Shown: one piece after another, positions 49,701 through 60,780 of the stretch | How the letters are laid out: every line of letters begins with the position of its first letter | Position numbering within the stretch: position 1 is the first letter of the stretch | Assembly (NCBI GenBank): GCA_001724265.1 | Contig: MEDY01000157.1 | Span: forward strand, 1 to 64,000 | Direction of reading: 5' to 3' | Length of the DNA stretch: 64,000 nt | Source: Rhizaria sp. SCN 62-66 | Lineage: Eukaryota | Notes under the pieces: model-generated | What the model was told of the DNA's origin: nothing | The model's input: only the letters and a program-made list of their open reading frames with translations | The model's database searches: none | Position numbers and translations under genes: made by a program

Positions 49701-52700
49701 AGGCGGTCGCAACCGCCGTTGCCGAGGCTGGCCACGTGCTGCTCGAGAGCGTTGGCCGCCTCAGTGACCATAGCAGCAGCAAGGGCCGCGTTGATGCTCA
49801 TAATGAAGACGGAGACAACGCCGATGGTGACGGTGATGGCAAGGATAACAACGATGACGATCAAAGTGATGTGGAGGACTTCAAGGCCGAAGTTTGCGTT
49901 GTTCCGCGTGCAACCATTGTGCATTCGCTGCTCGCAAAACTCTTTCCCCAGTCACTCTCCAACAACCACAGCGCTGACAGTGACGACGAGAGCTTTGGCG
50001 GTAGCAGCTGCGACAACACCAGCGCGTTGTCGCTGCACACCGCGCGCTCGCTCTCTGTGCCGGCCCGCGCCCGCCTCGCTGCAGCACTCCCGGCCGCCGC
50101 GCTCACGCAGGCCGCGATTTTCCGCTCCTGGCTGGCGCTTACCCGCCTCGCTCGCCGCCGCCGCCGCGCAGTGGCGACGCTGCACCCGCGGCCTGCGCTG
50201 CGGCGCTCCGTGCAGTCTGCCTTCGCGCTGTGGCGCCGCGAGACGCAGCGCGCGCGCACGCTGCGCGGCCTGACTTCAGAGCTCGCGGGGCTCGCCAGAG
50301 GGGTCGCGGCCGAGGCGGCAGAGCTGGCGGCCAAGGAGCACGAGAACGACATGCTGTCACAGCAGCTGCTCGGGCTGCAGCGGGAGGTCGCGGCCACGCA
50401 GCGGCGTCTGCTTGAGGCCGCCGACCAGAAGGACGTCTTCACCGACGAGGCCGTCGCGGCGGTGCTCGCCACCACGACGGCGACGGTGCTCTTGGCGCTC
50501 GAGGTGCCCGTCGCTGTGGACGTGCACGCTCTGGCGCCCGCCTTCGCGACGCACGTTGACCCGGCGGCCGTCACTGACCGCATTCTGGCAGAGCTTCCAC
50601 TGCTCAGTGCATCGGCGCACGCAAACATTGGCAACAACACTGCAGGTCCCGCGTCAAGCACCAACGGGGCTGCGGGTAGCCAGAGCGTCAGTATGAGTGT
50701 GCGTGATCGTTTGTTGGTCAAACTTGCGCAGCGCCACAGCGACGAAGAGCAAACTGAGCTCTCTTGCGCTGCCACTGTTCTGCGTATGCCGTTGCCGCGG
50801 CTGCTGGGCTCTTGGTTAGCGACGATCGCCGACGCTGTCGCTCGCAGCTCCACGTCATCATCCACAGCCACTTTCTCGATGGCATCGCAACAGCAGCAGC
50901 AGCAGGCTAAGATGTCCAAATCAAACGCTGGCCCTAGCTCGGGCCCCAGCCCCGCGATCACCGGCGGCGTGTGCTTTGACGCCCCCGTCGGCCATGTATC
51001 GGCCTGGGCCAGCGCGCGCGCGCCCCCAAGCCACAGCGCAACGCGCGCGGGTGCCGCGGCAACGACCACGGGCGCGTCCGCGGCGCACGCTGCCGCCGTC
51101 GCGGCCGCAGCGGCCCGCGGCGCTGTCGCAGTCACTCAGGTCTCGCTCACTGGCTCCAGCAACAGCAGTGCAAGCGCCGCCTCTGCAACGAGCGCGAGTG
51201 TGGGTGGCACTGGCGAAGCTGCGGCGGCTGCGGCGTGGGCAGGACTCAGTCCGCTGGAGCTCGCTGGCGCTGTCAGCGACGGCTGGCTGTACCTCTGCAT
51301 TCTCCGCCTTCTGTGCCCCCCGTCACTGACTACGAACAGCGGCAGCACTGGTGCAGGCAACATGGCCGGTCTCAGTAGCAGTTATGGTGGTGCCGCTGCG
51401 AGCGCGAGTGGCAACGCTGTGGACAGGGATCGCGCACGTATCGCGGCCGTGCTGTCTGCGATGAACAGCCTCGGCGTGCCGTTGCCCTGGGCTTCGGTCG
51501 ACGCCTTCATTGCGGACGCGGTGGCTATCGACCGCGTTTCGCCCGTGGGCCGCGGCCGGGGCAGCGGCGGGCTCAGCGGCAGCGGGCTAAGCGGCCGCGG
51601 TGGCAAGGGGACGCGCGGCGGCGGTGTGAGCGGCAGCTTGTTTTACCCGTCGACGATTAGCCCGTACACCAGCAGCACCGGCGCGGGCGGCAGCAGCCAG
51701 TACAGCAGCACCAGCGCCGGGATCGGCGGCGGCGCGCACAGCTACGGCGGCTACCACACGTTCGACAAGACCGCAGCGTACCTTTCCGGCGGTAAGCCGA
51801 AGCGCAACCACAACGGCGGCGGCGGCGACAACTACGATGATGAGACCGACAACGACGAGGGCGCGATGAACAGCGAGGACGAGGACGAATACCAGGACAA
51901 CGACGACGACGACGCCAACGACCAGGACGCGTTTTTGCGCTCTGTCACCGATCCCAAGGGTGCGCTGACGCCGAGCAGCGGCGGCGCCGCCTCTGCTCAC
52001 GGGTTTAAAGGGGGCATGAAGACGCACTCGCTCGCGCTGAGCCTCGAGGTAAGCGCTAACGCTCGCGGTGGCTCTAAGGGTTCCGCTTCAGCTAAGTCGG
52101 CTAAGGGCAAGTCTAAGGGCGCTGCGAATGCTAGCGCAAACGCCTCAACTAGCTTTGGGGGCGACAACAGTGCAACCGCCATTGCAAGCACTTATCTCAA
52201 CAATCTCCACAACAACGGCAGTATGAACTCGCCCACTGCCGGCAACAGCAGCGCCAGCTGGCTGTCCCCATCCGAGGGCAAGGCTGCCGCGGCGCACTCG
52301 GCGATGCTGCGGCATTTTTCGGTCCTATGCTCGCTGTTCTCGCTCTTCCCTTCTATGCCCAACCATCTCTCACAGTCGCAACTGCAGTCGGGCAGCGGCA
52401 GTGCCAGCGGCAGTCGCCGCGGTAGCATCGCCGGCGCTGCTGCTGGCTCGAGCTTCACTGGCAGTGCCGGCGGCAGTCTCGGTGTGGGCGTGCCGACGGT
52501 GTCGTATTGCCTCAGCACCGCTGCCCACGGTCACCCCGCACACGGTCACTCCCGCACTAACAGCGACGTTGACACTGGCGCCGGGCCGAGCCCGAGCCCG
52601 ACTGGCGCCAGCGCTGGCGGCAACGCCCCTGCGTGCCCGCTCACGGTCACCGTGTGTGCGCCCCACTCGACGTCGATCATGGTCACCACGAGCTCGCAAA

Positions 52701-55700
52701 ACACAGTGAGCCCCGGTAGAAACAACAGTGTGCAGACTGCGTGCCTGAACGCGCTGGTGACGTTGTGGCAACTTGAAAAGGAATTTGCGTCTTGGGTCAC
52801 CCACGACGGACGTCTGAACGGCGCTCTGCCCACCGCACTGTACAACGACAACACTGAGCAGGCGCAGTCACCGTTGGCGACGGCCACGACTGCGTTGGAG
52901 AGTTACACCAGCGCTCTTGCTGGCCCATTGGGGCCGCTGACGAGTTCTTTCTTGCCTTCATTACTTGCTGACCTTGACGACAACAAGCACTCCGACGGAT
53001 CCAAGGGCTTTGTCGCCGAGAAGGCTTTGAGCATCAACAACATGAATGCGACCAGTGGTGCTGCAAACAGTGCGAATAACCCCGCTACCCCCGTCACCGC
53101 GGTTGCCTCGTTCCCCGTCTGGCTGCGCGGCCGCAAGGCCGCTCTGGCGCGCGCGCTTCCTGCCCTTGCTCTCAACAACACGAGCGCGAACACGACTGCT
53201 AACAACGCAGCTGCGACTGCCGCGAGCGCTGCTGTTGTTGCTTCCGCTGTCGCTGCTGCTAGCTGCACTGTTGCCCCGCCGACCGGCCTTATCTTAGCAT
53301 TCCCGGACAACAGCAACGCCAACAATAGCAACACCTCGAGCTCAAGTGGTGCTAAGTCGGCTTCTTCGGGATCACAGTCTCCTTCCGCTGCTCACGGTCA
53401 GTCCTCGCTTCCCTCCGGCGCAGTCCCCTTACCCGTCCCAAATACCCCTTACAATCTCAGTGCCCCCTCGCAGTCCCCCGCTGCGCACACGGTGCCGCCG
53501 CAGTGGCTCTCCCGGCTCTGGGCTTGCCTGGTCGCCATCGACGTCACGGTGCACCGCGCGCGGCGCCGCTACAGCGCCCAGTGCGCGCTGCTCGACCGCG
53601 TACAGGCCGCGCACCGCACCATCCTCACGCAGCTCGCGCTTTCCGCGTCGCTCAACAGCGGCAACGCCAGCGGGCTCGGCGGCGGCAACGGTGCGAACGC
53701 CGCGGCGGGCGCGGCGCTGGGCATGCCTCTGTCGACCGCGGCCGAGAAGTTCGCCTTCGAGCTGCCCCCGATGACAAGCACCGCGCACGGCCACTTCAGC
53801 TCCACAGGCACCGGCGCCTCCGCCGCCGCCGCCAGCGTCAGCGGCGCCCTGGCCGGCGGCGTGTCGCGCGCGCGCTGTCTGTCGCAGGTGCCGGCGCGCT
53901 CGCTAGCGGCGTGGCCGCCGCTGCGCACGCTGCCGCTGTCGCGCGTGCTCGACCTCGTGCAGTCGTCCCCCAAGCCCGCGGTCGACCTCGCGAGGTACGA
54001 TCTGACTTCATTATTCCGATGTGATTTGAGATCGATTATGTGTTTACTGTGTATAATTTCTTTCGAAACGTATTCTCTACTATTCTCACTTTTGTCGTTT
54101 GGTTGTTTTCACTTTGCTTGCGTACTGTAGGTTATCATCCGTTGCTGGTAGGTTTGCGAGTGTGCTTTCTGAAGTCTACTGGGGCTACGTAGCCAAGGGC
54201 TGGGAGCGTGTCATCCTTGCTGCCAACAACCCTAATGGGGGCAACAATGGCATGAACGCTCTCAACAACAGCAACAGCGGTAGCCCATATCAATTGACGC
54301 ATAGCAACAGCGTTGGCGTTGGCGTCAGCGCATTCCACATCCCGCCGAGTACCATTGTCCAGGCAGCTACGATCGCTCCCAACAGCAACAACTCGACCGC
54401 CAGCGCTCACGGCAGTAGCAGCCTGAACAAGGTTAGGTTTGGCCTGCCCTACGAAGGGCTGCTAGCGCTTGCTGTTGACGCGCGTATCATCAAGCAGCAA
54501 CATGCGTTCGGGGGCTTGACTTCGAGCAGCACCAACAGTAACACCTTCGCTCAGTCCACGCTGTTCGCGTCCACTTTTGGCAGCAATCGCAACGCCCTCA
54601 ACGCCGCTGCTGTCGGTGGTGGCAACATAATGAGCACTGTTACTGGCGGCGTTGTCGGCAGTGTTTGCGGCGTCGGCGGCGCCTTGCCCACTCCGACCAA
54701 CGACGGATCGCTCTCGCCCTTCGTCATCACTCAAGCTGCCGCGAACAACACCAGCAACAACAACGCAAACGGCAGCGCGCCTCTGAGTCCGACTGCAGGC
54801 CACGCCACCAGCGGCGGCGGTCTCTCCGCGCGGGGCGGCAGCGCCAACGGGGCCGCGAGCCCCCGTTCGGTCCGCTTCAACCTCGGCAACAATAGCAGTG
54901 CGGCGAACACTCCCAGCAAGAAACCGCAGCAGCATCACCTCCAGCAGCAACTGCATCAACAGGCTGGCGCGTTCCGGCCGTCGTCCCCAGCAGCGGCAGC
55001 GTCTCCGTTCTCGTTCGCGAGCTTCGCGGACCCCACGCCGGCGGCCGCGGCCCCCGCAATTGACGTGACACTCTTGCCGCACGTGTTCTCGGCCGTCGAC
55101 CCCACCCTCGCTCCGTCGTCGTCCTCCAAATACGCGCAGCAGAATCTCAGCGCCCCTTACAGCATCCCCTTGGATGGCACCCCGTTCTCGTACGACTCGC
55201 TCCCGCAACTCTCCTTCATCGCCTTTGTCGAGGGCCTGATTCGCCTCGCCTGCGCACTGCGGCCGTGGGTCGCCTTCGGCACCCGCGGCCCCTCTGCGGC
55301 TGCGGCTGCCCAGGCCAACGGCAGCGGCAACGGCCAGTACCCGGAACCGCTGGCCTCGGTCCGCCCCGGCTCTGGCCTCGGCGACGTCTCTTACAGCAGC
55401 GGCAACGGCAGCGGATACAGCGTTTCGGGCGAGAACAGCGGCGGCGCGGTGCTGGCGACTGGCGTCGCGGAGGCCTTCTTCGCGTTCCTGTCGACTGACC
55501 TGCTGCCCCGGGCGACGCGGCTCAGCTCGCGGGCCCTCACCGCGGCCACCGCGGCGCCCGCCGTGGCCGCAGTGCTGGGCGGCAGCCAGCAGGCGACAGT
55601 GGGCAGCGTGTTCGAGACCGCGGCCGAGTCGGCGCGGATCCAGATCTCGCCCACCAGCTACAATGACATCAGCAACAACAGCAACTGGGTGCAGTTCAAG

Positions 55701-56147
55701 TATATCTCACTTCCTGGCTTCCTGAAGCTGCTCCAAGCTGCTGGCTTGCTTTCCAACGGCACTGGGGGCGCTAACGCATCCAGTAACGCAGGGTTTGGCT
55801 TTGGCAATGGGACGAACCGTATGGGGCCGTCGGTGACCGGAGGCGGCTTGTTTTCCCTCGCGGCCACGACCCCAGTCTCGCTGTCCCCGTCCGCGCCGCT
55901 CAAGGTGTGCCCGCTGACCGAGGCCGCGGCCGTGGGGCTGTACCTGCGCGCGCTGCAGCTCCCGCTCGACGGCTCGCGGCCGCCGATGCTGGTGCGCGCC
56001 ACGTTCCCGCCGCTGCTCTGCGCCATCGCCGAGGCCGTGATGCCGGACCCGTTCCAGGCGCTCGCGAACAAGCTCGAGACGCTGCTCGTCGCGCACCTTA
56101 TGCCCGTTGTTGTCGGTGCACAACAGCAACAGGGGCAGCAGCGGTAA
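46757..56147 (+). CDS. Large hypothetical protein (~3084 aa, 2 exons) with coiled coil, split calponin-homology-like domain and degenerate EF-hand-like C-terminus
   Basis: Exons 46757-53994 and 54131-56147 join in frame (GTACGA...TAG intron) with no internal stops. Stop TAA. Domain calls are by eye only. Confidence 0.75.
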
Positions 56148-56377
56148 GAACACTTGCGCAGACCCTGTGACTCGGCTCACCAGTGTGTGGTGACCATGGT
56201 GACGCGAGAGAAGCGACGAACTAGATACCAGAGCGCAGATCGTAAATGTGTGACGGTGGATGACCGTCAGAGTTATAATAGTTCATATATTCGATTACAT
56301 ACATACCTAATCTTTATTTTCACTTAATTATACGCTCTAACATGCTGTTTTAGAACTGAAACACGATATTCTAAAGG

Positions 56378-59300
56378 ATGTCCGTTCCTGCCTCAACGCT
56401 GGCGCGGACGTTCACGCTTAGCGAGGTTGCGTAGCACAACACAGCGAGCGATTGCTGGATGGTCATTGATGGCCGCGTCTACGATGCGTCTACCTTTATC
56501 AATGAGCATCCTGGTGGCTCCGAGGTACGTTGTCACACTCTAACAGCAGTTCTTCGGTGCTGATCCTGACGTCGAAGTTTGATTGTCCTTGCATACGCAC
56601 AGTCCTTGTGATATCTCATCACGACAACCATCCATCGCGCAATATGTTCGACCACATATACTGTACGTTTTAATTTGATAGATCATCAAGTATCATGCAG
56701 GTAAAGACGCATCTGCAGCGTTTAACGATGTCACAAATCATGACCCGCCCCACGTCCAACGCCTCTTGGCTTCGCTCTGCATCGGTGCTCTCTCGCAACC
56801 ACAAGCCAGCAACAGCAACACAACGGCAACAAAAGAGTCCGGCATGACCGCGGCGACCTCTTCTAGTAGCGCTTTTCCAGCTAGCGGGACCGCTTGCACG
56901 TAGGCTACTGACTCGACTTCGAGCAAACAGAGTGCTGTGAACGCAACTGCTCCTGCTGATCAGGTCACAGCTGTTGAGGCTGATAACGAGGACGAGGACG
57001 AAGACGAGGACGAACCTGTGCCAAGCAGTACATCTAGCAAGTACAGCAACTACACGCGCTTTAGCAATCGCGCCAACGCGAGCAACAGCGGCAACCTCGG
57101 CAACACCGTCGGTAAGTTCTCATTTGCCGCGCCAGCGCCAATACCGCTCTCGTCTCTCTCGACCGCCAACACAAACAGCAGCAACATGACCAGCACAGGC
57201 AGTAACACCAGCGCGACGCGCGGTGGCGCCGCCGCCGTTGCTGGCGCGCGCGCGGCTCCTGTCGGCACTGCTCCCGCTCCTGCTACTGGTTCTGTTGCCG
57301 CTGTCGCTGCGCCACGTGCATTCGGCAACTCGCTCCTGCTGCCGGGTCAGCACCTCTACGTCAACCCCAGCACCAACAGCAGTAAACCCACCACAATCGG
57401 CTCGAACACTGGCGTTGCGCCCCAGGCGAGGCACGGCCAGGCCGCCGCGGACCCCCGGCAGCAGCAGTCGCAATCTCTCGAAGTCAAGCCGGGGCCGCTA
57501 GACCGCGTGATCACGTACGCCGAGCTCGAGTCCCGACCGGCGTCGCAGCCGCCGTGGATGCTGATCGACACGACGGTGTACGACCTGGACGGTTTCCTGG
57601 ATCAGCACCCCGGCGGCCGCCGCGCACTGCTGCAGTACATCAACACTGACGCCACGGTGCCGTTCCACAAGATCACCGGCCACCGCTTCCTGCCCACGCA
57701 GCGCCTGCTCCGCGAGAGGGCGATCGGCCGCATCTGCCCCGTCGAGCACGCGGCGCGCGAGGCGGCCAAGCTCAAGAATAACGCCAACGCGGCGGGCAAC
57801 GGCAGTAACAGCAGCAACAGCAATGCTGATGGCGCCGATGACGCGGAGGGTGGGCTCGTGAGGCGAGGGCTGTTGACGCTTATCGCACGCGAGGAGCGCA
57901 TGAACTGCAACAGCAATAGTCATAACAATGACAATTACGCTAGCACTGACGGTGACACTTGTAACGCGAGTCCTCGTGGTGCGAGTGATTGCGATACGCT
58001 GACGCTGCTGTTCAGGGTCGAGGGCATGGTGACCGTGGGCAGCGATGTGCCAGCCAACGCGGTGATGGACGGGTACTCAGACGACGCGTCTATGGGACTC
58101 TTAGAGGGTGACCAATGCCACGGTGGGCCATCTGTTGTTTCGACGGGTGGCTTGACCGTCCAGTCACTGCCACGACTGCCTGTTCCTGTGTTCAACGCCG
58201 CAAATGCCAATGCCACCAACGCTTGCTCAAAGCAAGAACCTATGAATGACAATAACGTTGTTACTGCTGCAGCCACCAATGCGAGCGCAGCAAGCGGCGT
58301 TGACACGACGCTTGCGTGGTTTAAGGGCGAAGAGATGCCTGAGTTCATCACGAAGACACTCCAGGAGGCCCTATTGATGTGCAAAGCTAGATCAACGCCT
58401 GTCGCTGCGTCCGCGAGTCCGGATGATGCTTCGGCGGCCACTGCTGCGACGTCAGTGCCGACGGTCAGCGAGCTTTACGGGCCGGTGACCCCGGTCAAGC
58501 TCAAGATCCCCACTGGCAAACACGTCCGGCTCTTCACCTCGGTGCTGACATCGCGACGCACGCGCGCTGCGACACTTACATCTCCTGACGGCAATGTAAG
58601 TGACTCTAACGCCAATGGAGATAGAAATGCGCTGAATGAGGGTGCCATCTCCTGTGCGTGTGACATCTATGAGGATACTGTGGAAATGACGAGCCGTGCG
58701 TACACGCCGGTGTGCGACTTCGACGGCAAGTACCTCCTCTTTGTCATCAAACGCTACTTGCCTTCCCGCAAATCAGCAACAAAGGCTCTTTCGAGCAACA
58801 CGAATCCGAACTGTGATATTACATCGGTCATGACTGCAAACTTCTCCAACTTGCAGTCGCAGTCGCATTTGCAGTCACAATCGTTTCAATCGCAGCAGCC
58901 GCAGTCGCAGGTGCCCCCCGCCGCGCGCACGGTGTCGTCCTCCCTCCACGCGCTGCCGCTGGGCGCAACTGTGTTCTGCTCGCTGGCCCCACTCGGCAGC
59001 TACACGCCGACGGCGGTGATCACGGGCCGCTACGCACGCATCGTGTGTCTGGCCGCGGGCACGGGCGTTGCGCCCCTGTACGCACTCGCGGCCCGCGTCG
59101 TCAACAACAGGTTCCGGAAGCCCGGTGCGCTCGTCTTTGTCAGCGGGCAGCGGCACTGGGGCCGCGTCGCGGCGCCCGCGAGCGGCAGCGCGGGCGGCAG
59201 CGCGAACAGCAGCAGGGGCGACGGCAACTGTGGCAATAGTGGAAAGGGGACTGTCAGCAGTAGCAGCGGAGCGAGTGGGGAGGCGACTGTGCTAGGGACA

Positions 59301-60365
59301 GATTTGGCCTTGCTTTCGCTGTGTCAGTGCGACGATTGCCGTGCACGCAACACTGCCAAGATACAGCTTCAGCAGCAACAACAGCAGGATCAAGAATATG
59401 AGCAGGGACAAACGGCCGTGCTGAGCAGTGGCGTCCGTGTACGTGCGGTTACTTCTGACGGTATAAGTGACTCTAATAATAACGATGGCCTCTGTGCGAG
59501 CACTGTTTGCTCTCGCGATGGTCCCCCCTATCGGTTTCTGCCGAGCACTTACATCACCAGCACAGCTGCTGCCGATGTACCTGCTCCTGCGCTGCCCCCT
59601 GGCCTGCAGAGCACCATGCGTCTCAAAACCTCCAACACGAGCAGTGTTTGTGCATCAGTCTTGAACGCGAACCCTTGCGCGATGGTTGATATTAACGCTG
59701 ACACCTCGACTGTAATGCGTGATCGCGCAAGCTCTAGAGGCAACGCTAGTGCAAGCTGTATTGCGAGCGATTGGGCTGCTGAGCTCAAATGCAAGGCGAG
59801 TTTTGCCAAGCTCTGGCTCCTCCACATGATCTCGCGGCCAGCGCAGCCGCTGTCTCAGAGTGGATCCAATGCGGGCGCAGGCTACATTGACCTCTCAAAG
59901 GGCGCCCCGTTCCCCTTTGACTCCCCGCGCGCGAGTGCGCTGCACGGCCGTGTGACCCCGGCGCTCGTGCGGGCGCTCTTCGCGGCTCTGAACATCGCCC
60001 CAGCCCCCACTGCTAACAGCACAACTACCTCTGGCACTGGCACGGATGTACGTTGTAGCGATACGGCAAGTTTCTCTCAGACTGTGGAGGGTGAGACTGA
60101 CCGGCTCTACAACCACACCAACTGCTGGCTGCACAGGCTCCGCGCCTCGCTCAATCTCAGTCCAAATCGCGGTGACGCCAACGCCCCCGCCTCTGCATCT
60201 GCCGCAATCTCTGCGTCTACGTCTGCGTCTGCGGTGGTCAAACCCGGTGAGGGCACGCTGGTGCTCATCTGCGGTCCGGACGCGTTTGCGCAAGAGATGG
60301 AGGCAACGGTTCGCGCGATGGGCTTCGCGCCGGAGAACCCTAACCGGACACTGTTTAAGTTCTAA
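56378..60365 (+). CDS. Tandem cytochrome b5 domains fused to a b5-reductase (FAD/NAD) module, ~1276 aa, 2 exons, 2 in-frame TAG codons
   Basis: Exon 1 56378-56524 ([32 protein letters not shown]), intron 56525-56681, exon 2 from [14 protein letters not shown] through TAG 56901-56903 into ORF 56937-60365. That ORF has a second b5 domain ([14 protein letters not shown]), [15 protein letters not shown] and LICGP. Stop TAA. Confidence 0.9.
56432..56434 (+). other. Recoded TAG (probably Gln) inside a conserved cytochrome b5 motif
   Basis: GAG GTT GCG TAG CAC AAC = EVA*HN, codon 19 of the gene. Confidence 0.85.
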
Positions 60366-60780
60366 GCTGACGCCCCGTATCACAGCATCAGAGAATGCAG
60401 ACCAACTTGGTGAACGAACATATTCTTGCGTATGCAACAGCAGTGACAATTTCTCATCAATTGACATTTTGACAATCATCGTCGAATTAATAATGTTTTT
60501 TAGTTTCCTTTCTTATTTGTGATCAAACTTGTAATTTCCGTAAATAAAATGTCAAGTTAATTTCCCCCAGTCCTACTCAGAGTTGCAAATGTTTAAGGAA
60601 AAGTGTATGCTTAATGATTTCACGTAATTATCATTATCACCACGAGGTTCAATTAAATAAAAATGTAGAATTACAAAATAAAACAACATTTTCAGAGACG
60701 TAGGTAGAACGCGCGAAACAAAAACAAACCAATTGGACTTCGGTGACTCAAGCTCCGCTAACAAGAAACGCGCTAGGCCC

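Noticed and set aside
19044-56903. TAGs as pseudogene damage, A-to-I editing to Trp, or pyrrolysine
   Set aside because: These five genes have no internal TAA/TGA or frameshifts, Trp does not fit EVA*HN or a polyQ run, and no pyl genes are seen. U-to-C editing or assembly error cannot be fully excluded without reads.
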